Notes: generated by a model from the sequence alone, not told the origin. A DNA stretch of 64,000 bases from Spirochaetota bacterium (GCA_043803405.1 JAZDKB010000044.1:1-64000), one strand, 5' to 3'; shown: positions 19,703-30,501, numbered from the stretch's first letter. Numbers and translations: made by a program.

Positions 19703-20605
19703 ATGAAAAAAATAAATTGTATGATATTTGCCTTTATTATCATTCTGTTTATTTTTAACGGCTGCGCTTTTAAGGCAAGCGAAGACGCCAGGATAATATT
19801 TATAATGGAAGGTGGTGAAATTACTCACAGCGACGGCAAAAAAGAGCCTGCTGCGCTTAAAATGCTTGTGCGGAAGGGCGATACAATAAAAACCGGCTCC
19901 GGATTTATCATGCTTCAGATAGGGGACGACATACTTACAAGAATAGAGCCCAACTCGACAGTGCAAATGGCAAAGCTATTTGAAGGCGAAGAGACAAGGC
20001 TTGCGCTCGACGACGGCCAGATTATATCGCGCATTAAAAAGCTGAGAAGGAATTCCTTTATTATAAAAACGCCGACAGCAACGGCTTCGGTAAGGGGCAC
20101 GCAGTACAGCGTGTCGTATTACAAAAACCGCTCCGTGCTTGCAGTGAAAGAGGGCAGGGTACAGATTGACATTAAAGAGAAGAGCGGAGAAAAGCAGAAA
20201 ATGGTTGAAGCCGGAAATACGATGGTCATTAACAAGGACCAGATGAGGAGCATTAATGAGTTTGAAGCTCTTGAAATAGATAAGCTTTCGCAGATTCCTT
20301 ACAGCACTGAAAGAGAGCTTAAAGGAGATGACGCGTACAAGGATGTAGCCAGAATAGCTGAAGAGCAGGAACAGATGCTCTATAAAGAAATAGTAGCCAA
20401 AGGCGGCCCGATACCTAAAACGCACCGCGAAATGCTGAAAAAATTCGGGTACATTAATAGGGTGAATCTTTACAACAACAAGTATTATACAGGCATAATA
20501 ATTTCGCGCGGCAGAGACGTGCTTATAATGACTCTCGACGGGATCGAATCAGTTCCAGCGAAGCAGATAAGGAACGTTAAACGCGCAAGGAATGTAGAGG
20601 AATAA
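19703..20605 (+). CDS. FecR-domain lipoprotein (LipL45-like)
   Basis: Lipobox FNGC; GDTIKTG and FIIKTPTATASVRGT..SV...VKEGRV FecR motifs. Confidence 0.85.
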   Translation: MKKINCMIFAFIIILFIFNGCAFKASEDARIIFIMEGGEITHSDGKKEPAALKMLVRKGDTIKTGSGFIMLQIGDDILTRIEPNSTVQMAKLFEGEETRLALDDGQIISRIKKLRRNSFIIKTPTATASVRGTQYSVSYYKNRSVLAVKEGRVQIDIKEKSGEKQKMVEAGNTMVINKDQMRSINEFEALEIDKLSQIPYSTERELKGDDAYKDVARIAEEQEQMLYKEIVAKGGPIPKTHREMLKKFGYINRVNLYNNKYYTGIIISRGRDVLIMTLDGIESVPAKQIRNVKRARNVEE

Positions 20606-20659
20606 AAAAAACCATATCCCCCTTCCGGGCATAACCCCTTTCCGGCCTTCGGCCGGTTT

Positions 20660-20718
20660 TCCCCCTTAACAGGGGGAATAACCTGTGCAGCATAGGTTAT
20701 TCCCCCTGTTAAGGGGGA
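20660..20718. repeat. Long GC palindrome (REP-like)
   Basis: TCCCCCTTAACAGGGGGAATAACCT-N9-AGGTTATTCCCCCTGTTAAGGGGGA. Confidence 0.75.
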
Positions 20719-20794
20719 GATGTCGCGTAGCGACAGAGGGGGTTTTAAAGAGCACGGGTTAGGAGGGTAATGTTACAACACAAAAAGAGGCGTT

Positions 20795-22216
20795 ATGAAA
20801 AAACAAACAAAGATCTCTCTCTTGATTTTTTTCTTCTTTATCATGGCAAACACAGCTTTTGCAGAATACGTGTTTTTACGGGACGGTTCAATCGTTAAAT
20901 GCAAAATCGAAAGTGAGACTGCGGCAACTATTACTGCGCGGCTTGCGGACGGCAAACAAATGACGATCAGCCCTAAAAACGTTATACGTATTCTATACAC
21001 AGAGCTTTACATGGGTAAGATATTTATAAATAAAACCGATGGAACAGTAATAGAAGCATACATGGTAGATGAGGATCAGACTACTTATACATTGAGAAAA
21101 GAACTGTACAAGCCGCAGGAATTTATAATTAAGCGCGACGAAGTTCTTTTTACTACGCGCAAAAATCCTTCGGGACTTATCGGGAAAGCAAAGGATGACA
21201 GAATTGAAATTACATGGAAAGCCCCGTATACTCCTGTTAATAATTATAAAGTTTATTTTAGAAGCACCGGCGAGTTCAAGCTTCATGGTACAACAGGAAG
21301 CACAAGCTATACTTTAAAAGGGCTGCGCGGCAGCACTCATTACACTATTAAAGTTACAGCGATCGACAAACAGGGAGATGAGTCGCTGCCTACAAATGAA
21401 TTTAAGATTAAGACAGAGAACAAGCCTCCGGATTCGCCCGGTTACGTTAGAGCGTCTGTTAAACCCGATAAAAGCGGCCAGAAAATGACTGCGAAGATTA
21501 CATGGAAGGCAGCCTTTGACGCGGACGGATCTATTACCGGCTACCGTATATACAGATCGGATGTTAAGGGCTATACACAGGTTGGCGAGACGAACAAAAA
21601 TACGTACGAAATAAAAAATCTTGATGCAGATAAAAGCTATCGCTATGCAGTGCGGTCAATTGATGACAAGAACCTCGAATCGGAAAACAGCAGGCTGGTT
21701 GCGGCAACGCTTCTCAAGGGATACGAAGCCGGAGTGGAGTTCAGCTACATTAAGCCATTCGGTGATTTTAAGAAGATAAACGAATCCGGGTTCGGGGGGC
21801 TCGTCAGCTTCTCAAAGACTGACGCGCTGTTTTACGATATGGTTATCGGGCTTGCGGTCGGTTACTGGAAGTTCAGCGGAGCAACCGACGTAGACTCGTC
21901 GTACATGATTCCCTTAATGGCAACAGCGACGTACAGATACGAAGCGTTCGATTCGTTCTTTATCGCGCCCAGAGTGGCGCTCGGGATGAGCTACAACAGT
22001 GTAAGCTACTACTGGGAATCCCCGTCCTTTACAGGCACAAAAGAGAAAAAATCCAGAAGCGGTATTGAGCCAATTGTAATGGCAGGATTATCTTTTAATT
22101 ATGAGTTCGCAGATTACTGGACAGTCGGTCTGGGGGCGAACTACGGCTTTGTTTATGAGACAGACGGGCTAATGAACTTTGTAACCGGCAGCCTTACTGC
22201 TGCAAGAAAATTTTAG
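20795..22216 (+). CDS. Outer-membrane protein: small N-terminal beta domains, two FN3 domains, C-terminal beta-barrel
   Basis: Signal peptide AFA; ITWKAP...YTIKVTAID and ITWKAA...YRYAVRSID FN3 patterns; amphipathic strands ending in Phe. Confidence 0.75.
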   Translation: MKKQTKISLLIFFFFIMANTAFAEYVFLRDGSIVKCKIESETAATITARLADGKQMTISPKNVIRILYTELYMGKIFINKTDGTVIEAYMVDEDQTTYTLRKELYKPQEFIIKRDEVLFTTRKNPSGLIGKAKDDRIEITWKAPYTPVNNYKVYFRSTGEFKLHGTTGSTSYTLKGLRGSTHYTIKVTAIDKQGDESLPTNEFKIKTENKPPDSPGYVRASVKPDKSGQKMTAKITWKAAFDADGSITGYRIYRSDVKGYTQVGETNKNTYEIKNLDADKSYRYAVRSIDDKNLESENSRLVAATLLKGYEAGVEFSYIKPFGDFKKINESGFGGLVSFSKTDALFYDMVIGLAVGYWKFSGATDVDSSYMIPLMATATYRYEAFDSFFIAPRVALGMSYNSVSYYWESPSFTGTKEKKSRSGIEPIVMAGLSFNYEFADYWTVGLGANYGFVYETDGLMNFVTGSLTAARKF

Positions 22217-22239
22217 TTCGAACTATCGAGAGAGAATTC

Positions 22240-23355
22240 ATGAAAACATTATTTAAGATATTGATGGCTTTGTTTGCTTTGACATTTGCAGGCTGTGGAG
22301 ACACATATAACGATGTACTTAATGATCTGGAAGAAGAGTATAAATATTTCCTCGCAATATTTAATTCCCCTAATGCCGGTGGCAGATATATTTCAACTTT
22401 TTCGTTAAATTCAGATGGAGCCTTGAGTCCGGCATTTGAATCAACAGATTATTCAGCTGCAGGCACATACCCGGACGCACATCCAAATGGGAAATATTTA
22501 TATGGTCTAATTTCAGATACAGCAAAGTTAAACGTATATACTGTCAGCGATGAAGGAATCTTGAGTTTGTCTTCAACCGCAGATACCGGTACATATCCTT
22601 ATGTAGTAAAAGTACACCCATCCGGTAAATATGTGTATGTTTCTAACAGCAGCGGTTATTCCATATCAATGTACATAGTTAATGCTGATGGAACATTGAC
22701 AAGCAATGGAACACTTTCTATAGGAAGTCCTTACAGACCGCGTAGAATGTCGTTTCATCCTTCAGGAAATTATCTCTATGTTGCAATTATATATCCTACC
22801 TGGAACGCAAGTTATTTTTCGTCGTTCAGTGTGAATAATGATGGGACTTTAACTCCAGTCGAATCACTAGTGGAAGTAATTACTGGTACTCCTTCAATAA
22901 CCACATTTGATATTGCAGTACATCCTAACGGACAGTTCCTCTATGTGACACAAAGCAATGCGGATATTTATAAATATAAGATTGAGAATGATGGAACTAC
23001 CAGCGCCAAATTAAATGCAGGGAGTTCCGGGAGCAGCAATGTTAGTTTAGCTATTCATCCTAATGGAAATTATTTATATGCTATTGGTTATAATATTTTG
23101 ACAAACTACCAGATCAATCAAACAGATGGTACTTTATCATCTATTAGTGGCTTCATTGCTACTGGTGAAAATGAAGCTGTCGTTCATCCAAATGGCAAGT
23201 ATCTTTACAAAACAGATTACAGCAACAGTGCCATTCAGTGCTACACAATAAACGGGAATGGTTCAATTGATAATTCAAATATGATTAGTTATCAAATAAC
23301 CGATTATATCTATTACCCTTCTCACCTTGTCCTGTTCAGAAAGAAAAGCGGTTAA
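22240..23355 (+). CDS. Lactonase-family beta-propeller lipoprotein
   Basis: Lipobox FAGC; repeated HP(N/S)G.YLY. Confidence 0.8.
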   Translation: MKTLFKILMALFALTFAGCGDTYNDVLNDLEEEYKYFLAIFNSPNAGGRYISTFSLNSDGALSPAFESTDYSAAGTYPDAHPNGKYLYGLISDTAKLNVYTVSDEGILSLSSTADTGTYPYVVKVHPSGKYVYVSNSSGYSISMYIVNADGTLTSNGTLSIGSPYRPRRMSFHPSGNYLYVAIIYPTWNASYFSSFSVNNDGTLTPVESLVEVITGTPSITTFDIAVHPNGQFLYVTQSNADIYKYKIENDGTTSAKLNAGSSGSSNVSLAIHPNGNYLYAIGYNILTNYQINQTDGTLSSISGFIATGENEAVVHPNGKYLYKTDYSNSAIQCYTINGNGSIDNSNMISYQITDYIYYPSHLVLFRKKSG

Positions 23356-23377
23356 ATTTTTCAATTAAAGAGCATTT

Positions 23378-24676
23378 ATGAAAACACTCATCAAAACAAC
23401 AATATTGCTATTAGGTATAAGTTTCAGCAGCTGCTGGAACATGTTCAACGATACGATAGATGATCTTGGGAAAACTGTTTCACCTGAAAGCATTACTGCC
23501 TTTTCAATAGAAGAACCAACCAGCGGTGTACCGGTTAACGGAATTATTAGCGGAGTGAATATAACAGTATCGCTTCCGGAGGGAGTATCACTTACTAATT
23601 TAATTGCGACATTTACCCATACAGGAACGGAACTAAGAATAGGAAGCACCGTACAGGTAAGCGGTGTAACAGCTAATAATTTTGCGACTTCCCAGTTATA
23701 CATATTATATGATTCGAATGGTCTAACCAAAAATTATATGGTCAATGTCCGTACTAAAAGCTGGACAGCAAAAACAAGCGGGTTGCCTGTAAGCGGTACA
23801 GAATGGTCGTCAATTACTTCTTCATCCGACGGTAATAGACTGGCAGCAGCGATATCCAGTTATGGAGATGGCATATATGTATCTGCAAACGGAGGTACAG
23901 ATTGGACACATTTAACTACTATAAGCGGAGTATCACGCTCTATTGCTTCGTTGGCTGACGGAACATGTCTTTCAATCGCAGCAGGCTGGGGTGATATGGA
24001 TCCAGACTATGTATATACCTCGCTAGATTCCGGATTATCATGGACAACTCATAACGCCGCTGTAGGGGGATCTAACGAATGGTCATCCATTGCGTCATCA
24101 TCAGACGGCACTTATGTAATTGCAGCACAAAGCAGAAACACGGATGGAGACGGCTATATCTATATTGGTGAATATGACGGCGATACCTGGGCATGGGATC
24201 AGACTCAACCAGCAATACTAAGCTGGAAAGGCGTTGCTTCATCAAGTACCGGATTATATATGGTTGCTGTAGCCGACGGCGGGAATATTTATACTTCTGT
24301 CAATGGCGGATCAAACTGGACATCCAGAGAATCGGTGCGGGCGTGGAGCTCGGTAGCTTCATCATCAAATGGAACAATTCTATATGCAACAGTATATGGC
24401 GGTCAAATTTACAGATCAATAAACAGCGGAGTTAACTGGACTTCAATAAATGCTTCAAATCAGAACTGGAAGTCTATTGCCTGCTCTAGTGACGGGACTA
24501 CAGTTGTTGCAGCAGTTGAAGGAGGAACTATTGTATCATCCATAAACAGCGGTACGAACTGGATAAGTCATTCAAGTGCCGGCTCACACGACTGGAGGTC
24601 AGTAACAATGCCAGCAGATGGAAGCAGATTTGCTGCAGTTGCTTATAATGAAAGATATGTTTATATTTATGACTAA
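23378..24676 (+). CDS. Lipoprotein with an Ig-like domain and BNR/WD40-like propeller
   Basis: Lipobox FSSC; WSSIASSSDG and S.(D/N)(S/G)G..W Asp-box repeats. Confidence 0.8.
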   Translation: MKTLIKTTILLLGISFSSCWNMFNDTIDDLGKTVSPESITAFSIEEPTSGVPVNGIISGVNITVSLPEGVSLTNLIATFTHTGTELRIGSTVQVSGVTANNFATSQLYILYDSNGLTKNYMVNVRTKSWTAKTSGLPVSGTEWSSITSSSDGNRLAAAISSYGDGIYVSANGGTDWTHLTTISGVSRSIASLADGTCLSIAAGWGDMDPDYVYTSLDSGLSWTTHNAAVGGSNEWSSIASSSDGTYVIAAQSRNTDGDGYIYIGEYDGDTWAWDQTQPAILSWKGVASSSTGLYMVAVADGGNIYTSVNGGSNWTSRESVRAWSSVASSSNGTILYATVYGGQIYRSINSGVNWTSINASNQNWKSIACSSDGTTVVAAVEGGTIVSSINSGTNWISHSSAGSHDWRSVTMPADGSRFAAVAYNERYVYIYD

Positions 24677-24781
24677 ATGGCTTGTTTATAATTTATAATT
24701 TTTACAACAAGCTATGCAGACTAAAACAAACTGTTAAATAAAGTTATTTCTAAAAATAAATATCTTAACTGTGGAGATCTT

Positions 24782-25894
24782 ATGAAAATATTCCTTAAAG
24801 TGATTATATTTCTAATTGTTTTGTATTCCACAGGCTGCTGGAACATGTATAACGATACGATAGATGATCAAGAAGCAGAATATCAGTTTTATTTAGCAAT
24901 AGTTAATTCAATGATGAATTACAAAATTTCGATTGTTTCCATAGAGTCAACCACACTCAGTAAATCATCACAAACATCAACAGGTAGTACCCAAGTAGAC
25001 TATGTCGCTGCACACCCGACAGGAAATTATCTATATGTTACTAATCCGGGTAGTCAAAGGATTTTAATGTATAAAGTAGTTACCAATGGTACACTTGAAG
25101 TGTTAGGTACAGGTTTTATTAATACAACAGATGGAGGGGGACCAGGTGGGACACCTGGCGTAATAAAAGTGCATCCATCTGGAAATTATGCTTTTGTCGC
25201 TAATGCAGGTACTAGTTTTAATATTTCAAGGTATCTAATTGATAGTGCAGGTACTCTTACTTTTCAAGATTACATAAGTCCAGGAGCGTCAGCAACATCA
25301 TCTAGGATGGTTATTGATAAGTCAGCAACATATCTATATTGGGTTAGTAACAATGCTGGTGGTAATGTTTTACAACAAGTTGAAATTAGTGGTTCGCTAA
25401 TTATAGATAAAACAGTAAGTTATGCAAGTAATACTCCAAGAGATGTTGCCGTGCATCCAAATGGACAATATATATATGTGACTGTAGACGGAACTATATA
25501 TTTATACTATAGTAATGACATACCTACCTCACATGGATCTATTGCTGGCGATGGTATGTTAACTATTCATCCTAATGGTAAATTCCTCTATACTGACGAT
25601 GATTCCAATGTTAAAGTATATCAAATCAATGCAGATGGAACATTAACCGATCTTAATAACTCAACTCCGGTACAAGCCGATGTTAAAGATTTTATTATTG
25701 ACACTAATGGTAATTACTTAATTGCATCTGGTCGAGGTAGTGATTCTATTGAATATTTAAAAATAAATGCAGATGGAACAACTAGCCCTATACAATATTA
25801 TGATGGTGGTTTTGGTCATTATCCCAATGCTTTAGATGGATATAGATCAAGTCCATGTGGTCTAGCTTTAATCAACAGACAAAAAATCAAATAA
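24782..25894 (+). CDS. Lactonase-family beta-propeller lipoprotein
   Basis: Lipobox STGC; HP.G.Y.Y repeats; similar to 22240-23355. Confidence 0.8.
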   Translation: MKIFLKVIIFLIVLYSTGCWNMYNDTIDDQEAEYQFYLAIVNSMMNYKISIVSIESTTLSKSSQTSTGSTQVDYVAAHPTGNYLYVTNPGSQRILMYKVVTNGTLEVLGTGFINTTDGGGPGGTPGVIKVHPSGNYAFVANAGTSFNISRYLIDSAGTLTFQDYISPGASATSSRMVIDKSATYLYWVSNNAGGNVLQQVEISGSLIIDKTVSYASNTPRDVAVHPNGQYIYVTVDGTIYLYYSNDIPTSHGSIAGDGMLTIHPNGKFLYTDDDSNVKVYQINADGTLTDLNNSTPVQADVKDFIIDTNGNYLIASGRGSDSIEYLKINADGTTSPIQYYDGGFGHYPNALDGYRSSPCGLALINRQKIK

Positions 25895-26129
25895 AATGTT
25901 ATCTTCTTCTTAAAGAAAAAACAATGTAGCTTGTGAGTATAACCGCGGGCTTTCTATTCGCAGCAGCACAACCTCACCGGTATAATAACGTAAGCGTAAA
26001 ATTCCTCCCATCTTGCGTTAAATAATAAACCATCGTACTTCCGATTAATTTCATGGCCTTTTTTCTGCAAGGCCTTTGTAATCTTTCGATATTCGAAAAA
26101 TGGGCACTCTTTGTATTCCTCAAAAATAA

Positions 26130-26638
26130 GCCGCTTATATTGTTCATCTTCCTCGTTCTCAATCGGTTTATAGTAGTATATGGATCATGAAATACCTAAA
26201 AGCTCGCATTGCCTCCTGATCGATAATATTTGATGTTCTGGCTCTATCATGTCTTTACTTACCGGAAGAACGGATCCAACTTTTTTTTTAGCCATTCATT
26301 CTCAATCTTCATTATCCCTATCTGCCGTTACAGCTCGTCTCGTTCTTTATCCGTTTCTTTTGTTTTTTTCTCCTCTCCTTTTTCAAATATTTCCGGTAGA
26401 TTCTCAAGCACCTTCTTCTTCCATTGTCCTACCAGATTCGGATGTACGCTGTATTCCGATGCTATTTCAACTATTGTTTTTTCCCCCTTAATCGCTTCAA
26501 GGGCTACTCTTGCTTTAAATTTACTGTCATGTTGTTTTTTCTTCATGCTCTTATTTTCGTCTCCTTATTATTCTTTTCTAAGGAGTTTTCCCACTTATCC
26601 TATTCCTGTTTTACTGTCCAGTTTTCGGGGAGCATTAT
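26130..26638 (-). mobile_element. IS3-family remnant
   Basis: Truncated OrfA 26328-26546 (HDSKFKARVALEAIKGEKT..EIA..Y.VHPNLVGQWKK); IRL-like ATAATGCTCCCCGAAAACTGGACAG; broken OrfB start (YYKP); left boundary approximate. Confidence 0.8.
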
Positions 26639-26740
26639 AACCCGCCAAAATTCCGGCACTTTCATTTGTATCGTATATAAATTAATGCCTTTAACGGTCT
26701 TTAAGTGTCTCCTTACGGGTCTTTTTCTATGTCCTTACGA

Positions 26741-26876
26741 CGTAGGGACGGGTGACGACCCCGTAGGGACGTGCTTCTCCACCCGCAGGGACAGGCGACA
26801 ACCCCGTAAGAACGGGTGACTGGCCCGTAAGTACAGGCGACATAGCCGCAGGGGCGTGAGACCTGCCCGCAGGGCA
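26741..26876 (+). repeat. Degenerate 21-bp tandem repeat (CG(T/C)A(G/A)G...)
   Basis: Units start at 26741, 26762, 26784, 26805, 26826, 26847 and 26868; the array resumes at about 28822. Confidence 0.75.
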
Positions 26877-27041
26877 GGGCTGTCTCATGCTAAATATAAC
26901 TTATGAAATTGCTGCTCCGGATTAAATCCTCCGGCTCGCTACGGCCGGTCGCAGACGGGCGTCCTGCCCGCGCCCGGCACTTCGGCATCCGTGCCTGTCG
27001 CTCGCCACCTCCTTTATTAAAGGAGGTTTGGAAGCTTTTTA

Positions 27042-28755
27042 GGGGATGTCTCAAAATCAGACCCTTATTTTTCAATATGTAAAATATTCCATTATTTCAA
27101 TAATTAACAAAAACTTCTGTTTTAGACCGGGATTTTCATCAAATTGTGAGCAATCGAGATCAATCCCCACTCTATATTTACTTTTTCAATCCCTCTAAGC
27201 AAAAATCTTTTGAACAATTTGTTATGCTTAATCTGGCCAAAAACAGATTCTACTTCAACTCCTCTCTTTTTGCGCAAGACTGTTCCTTTTTCACTATTTA
27301 AATTTTCTCTGGCCTTGCCTTTTAAATAATTCAGCCGATGACTTACTTGTATTCTTCTGTTGTTTGCAGATTTATGACATTGCTCCCGAAACGTGCATTC
27401 ATTACAATCTTCACATTCATAAAGATCCCTATGCGTCTTATAGCCATTTGCTGTTATTATTTCTCTGGTTTCGGAATATTTTAATTTCTTTTCTCCAGGA
27501 CAACTGTACTCGTTTTTCTCCGAGTCATACGGTAAGTTTTCAACTCTGAACTTGTTCTCTTTAAATTTCTTTGTCTTCTCAATGTGATAATAATTGTACT
27601 TTACATAATTTCCTAATTCATTACTTTCTATATACTCGTAATTTTCTTCACTGCCGTATCCTGCATCAGTTATTATATTTTCCGGCAGTCTGTTTTTGAA
27701 TTCTGTTTTTACTCTCTCTAAATGCGGGATAAAACATGATGTATCTCCTGCTTGCTGATGGATGCTGTATCCAACTATAAATTGATTCTCTGTCCCTATC
27801 TGTACATTGTATCCGGGTTTCGCCTGTCCATTTTTCTGATCTTCTTTCATCCTCATGAAAGTGGCATCTGTGTCTGTCTTTGAATAACTGTTCCTGTCCC
27901 CTAATTTTTCAGCCTGATCTTCATACTTTTCCAGCTTTGGCAGATAATCTTTTTCCAGAATTTTCACTGCCTTTTTCAAATCCTTATCCTCAGGTTTCTC
28001 CCGCAGTCTTTCATTCATCTCTTCAATTCGTTTTTTAAGTGCTTCTGAATCTATATTCGCGTCTTCTCCCGTTTCTTCAAGGTCTTTGTCTTTGTACTCG
28101 GATTCCTCTGCTTCATTCTCCCTGTCTATCTCTACCAGCAATGCTTTTACTTTCTTTTCCAGATTCTCCCTGTATCTCTTGTTTGATTTTTTCCATACCC
28201 ATGTATATTTATTTGCATTTGCCTCTATCTTTGTACCATCAAGAAAATAGTTCTCTAACTTTATCACCTGCATTTCTTCAAGTATTTCTATCAGCGAATA
28301 GAACAATTCATCTATTGTTGCTTTCAGCCGGGATGTCCTGAATCTGTTTATTGTCCGGAAGTCAGGCCGGTTCATCCCGCATATCCACATGAAATGGATA
28401 TTCTCTCGTAATGCTTTTGCTATTCTCCTTGATGAATATATTCTCTGCGTATATGCATATAGTATTGCTTTCAACATCATCTTCGGATGATAGCTGCTTG
28501 TCCCCACCATTTTATATTGCTTTACAAGGTTCGATATATCCATCGATTCTATTATCGAATTTACTAATCTTACTAAATTCCCTTGTGGAATCATATCATC
28601 AAGGCTTGGTGGAAATAGCATTCCTTGATGCTGATTATATTCTTTAAATGTCGGTTCTATCCTTAATTTTTTCTTTTTCATGATGTCACATATATTATAT
28701 GTGCATCATTTTTCAATTAATTATATTGCAAATGATCGCTTTTTGGGACAGCCCC
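27042..28755 (-). mobile_element. IS1182-family insertion sequence, apparently complete
   Basis: TIRs GGGGATGTCTCAAAA and TTTTGGGACAGCCCC (13/15 match), each flanked by TTA. Confidence 0.85.
27122..28681 (-). CDS. IS1182-family DDE transposase
   Basis: YHPKMMLK, SSRRI, PDFRTINRFR, DGTKIEANAN, SKTDTDA.FM, DAGYGSEENY and VESVFGQIK motifs. Confidence 0.95.
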   Translation of the reverse strand: MKKKKLRIEPTFKEYNQHQGMLFPPSLDDMIPQGNLVRLVNSIIESMDISNLVKQYKMVGTSSYHPKMMLKAILYAYTQRIYSSRRIAKALRENIHFMWICGMNRPDFRTINRFRTSRLKATIDELFYSLIEILEEMQVIKLENYFLDGTKIEANANKYTWVWKKSNKRYRENLEKKVKALLVEIDRENEAEESEYKDKDLEETGEDANIDSEALKKRIEEMNERLREKPEDKDLKKAVKILEKDYLPKLEKYEDQAEKLGDRNSYSKTDTDATFMRMKEDQKNGQAKPGYNVQIGTENQFIVGYSIHQQAGDTSCFIPHLERVKTEFKNRLPENIITDAGYGSEENYEYIESNELGNYVKYNYYHIEKTKKFKENKFRVENLPYDSEKNEYSCPGEKKLKYSETREIITANGYKTHRDLYECEDCNECTFREQCHKSANNRRIQVSHRLNYLKGKARENLNSEKGTVLRKKRGVEVESVFGQIKHNKLFKRFLLRGIEKVNIEWGLISIAHNLMKIPV

Positions 28756-28999
28756 TTAGGGGGATTTTCATACCAAATCCCTAACTTCAATCGGCTTCAC
28801 CTTAGCATGAGGCAGCACTGTGTAGGGACAGACGACATAGCCGCAGGGGCGTGGCGGGAGCAGTTAAAATCGTTTTTAAACTTGACGAATAATTTTTAAT
28901 AACTTAACCTGATAGGAAAATATATAAAGTAATTGATTTGTTTAAAATTTAATTATATTTTTTTAAAAGCATAGTAGAAAGCTTGATTGTGAGGTTCAA

Positions 29000-29182
29000 A
29001 TGATCTCAGTAAAAGAAAATTACATTGTCGATAGAAATGGCATTACCACAAATGTAATTCTTAGTAAAAAAGATTATAATAAAATGCTGGAGTACATCGA
29101 AGAATTGGAAGATATTGCAGCTTATGATAGGGCAAAAAAAGAGAGCGGAAAACCCATACCCTGGAAAAAGGTAAAACGCTAA
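29000..29182 (+). CDS. Antitoxin
   Basis: 60 aa, EELEDI..YD.AK....IPW pattern, directly upstream of RelE. Confidence 0.75.
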   Translation: MISVKENYIVDRNGITTNVILSKKDYNKMLEYIEELEDIAAYDRAKKESGKPIPWKKVKR

Positions 29183-29185
29183 ATT

Positions 29186-29443
29186 ATGTATTCCATTATT
29201 ATTTCATCTGCAGCTAATCGTGACTATAAAAGATTGCCACAAAGTGAAATTCTAAAAATCAATAAGGTAATTGACCATCTTGCTTCAAATCCAAGACCTA
29301 GCGGCTACAAAAAATTAAAGGACAGAAATGCATATCGTATCCGCATTGGAAACTACAGAATCATTTATGAAATTAACGATAAAGATGTTATTTTATTTGT
29401 CATAAGAATTCGGCATAGAAAAGAAGTTTATAAGAATTTATGA
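29186..29443 (+). CDS. RelE/ParE-family toxin
   Basis: NPRPSGYKKL...YRIRIGNYRIIY...HRKEVY. Confidence 0.9.
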   Translation: MYSIIISSAANRDYKRLPQSEILKINKVIDHLASNPRPSGYKKLKDRNAYRIRIGNYRIIYEINDKDVILFVIRIRHRKEVYKNL

Positions 29444-29625
29444 CAATAAACCAATAAGCCACTTATTTTCAACAACCGTTATCTGCACACCAAATCAGCC
29501 TAGACAATAACGCATTAATTCACACATGATAAGTTTGATGCACTGGGACAGCACAGGCTGCTAAACAGCACGCGCGGATCGGGCGGCCGGGTACTCAAGA
29601 GACGCACTGAAGAGCAGGGGCATAA

Positions 29626-29823
29626 ATCAAAAATTTTTGTTCAATCGATAGCGACAAGCCGGTAGTTGTTATACCTATAGACGAATATGAGGCAATGAAA
29701 GAAACTATTGCTATACTTTCTTCTCAAACCGACATTGTTAGGGAATTAAAAAAAGAACGAAAAAAAATGGAACAAGGCGATTTTATTGATTATGAAGATT
29801 TTAAAAAATATCACGGATTATAA
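29626..29823 (+). pseudogene. 5'-truncated Phd/YefM-like antitoxin
   Basis: KPVVVIPIDEYEAMKETIAILS...; the native N-terminus is missing and the frame is closed by a stop at 29623. Confidence 0.65.
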
Positions 29824-29826
29824 ATC

Positions 29827-30090
29827 ATGTATAATCTGATTCTATCAAAAAAAGCTGTCGGGTTTCTGGAAAAGACGGCAAAAAGTGACAAGAAGCTTTT
29901 TAATCAATTTATCAACGCTCTTGAAGAAATTTAAAAAGATCCTTATATCGGTAAAAGTCATGCCGGTAATCTTAAAGGATACTGGTCTTATAGAATAAGA
30001 GATTACCGCATTCTATATGAGATTGAAAAGAAACGCCTGCTTGTATTTATTGAAAAATATCACACCGAAAAGAATCCTACTGGTAGTTAA
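29827..30090 (+). pseudogene. RelE-family toxin pseudogene
   Basis: In-frame TAA at 29932; LKGYWSYRIRDYRILYEI follows; frameshift before SHRKESY. Confidence 0.75.
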
Positions 30091-30229
30091 TTTGAATAAT
30101 TCAAATTGTTTAGCAGTAGGGGCTATCATTCTGCACGAAAAAGCAAAGATATTCATAGTCGCACAGACGCGCGTGTACAGCACAGGCTGCAGCGCGCTCG
30201 CAAGCAGCACGGGCATGCTGAACAGCACA

Positions 30230-30440
30230 AACGATTACAAACGGCCTTATGGCATTGCCTGCCATATTGTTGTCCTGAGTCATTAAAGGCGCTCTAAATA
30301 TTTTGTAAGCTTATCCCATTCCGATATTGCGTACCTGGTGGCTTTTCCTGTCTTGCTTTAAGGCAGTATGGAATCGCTTTGAGCCAGGAACCGGTTGTGA
30401 AATTCATCGGTTACCGGTGTCACGATTTCTTTACGTTTCC
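30230..30440 (-). mobile_element. IS66 transposase fragment
   Basis: Broken translation ...SKTGKATRYAISEWDKLTKYLE...DNNMAGNAIRPFVI. Confidence 0.7.
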
Positions 30441-30451
30441 CGTATAACATC

Positions 30452-30480
30452 TTGACAGAATATATATCAAGATATATATT
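30452..30480 (+). promoter_or_regulatory. Sigma70 promoter with overlapping vapBC operator
   Basis: TTGACA-N17-TATATT; palindrome AATATATATC-AA-GATATATATT. Confidence 0.7.
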
Positions 30481-30501
30481 ACTTTACAGAGGTAGAAAAT
30501 A

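Larger units (their letters stand above)
26877..28816. mobile_element. MITE-like element interrupted by IS1182
   Basis: Termini GGGCTGTCTCATGCTAA and TTAGCATGAGGCAGC; body matches 1-149. Confidence 0.65.

Noticed and set aside
26741..26876. CRISPR array
   Set aside because: Contiguous, degenerate 21-bp units with no unique spacers and no cas genes in the window
30013..30297. Three short overlapping ORFs
   Set aside because: They span the RelE pseudogene tail, the CAGCAC repeat and IS66 debris, with no independent coding signal
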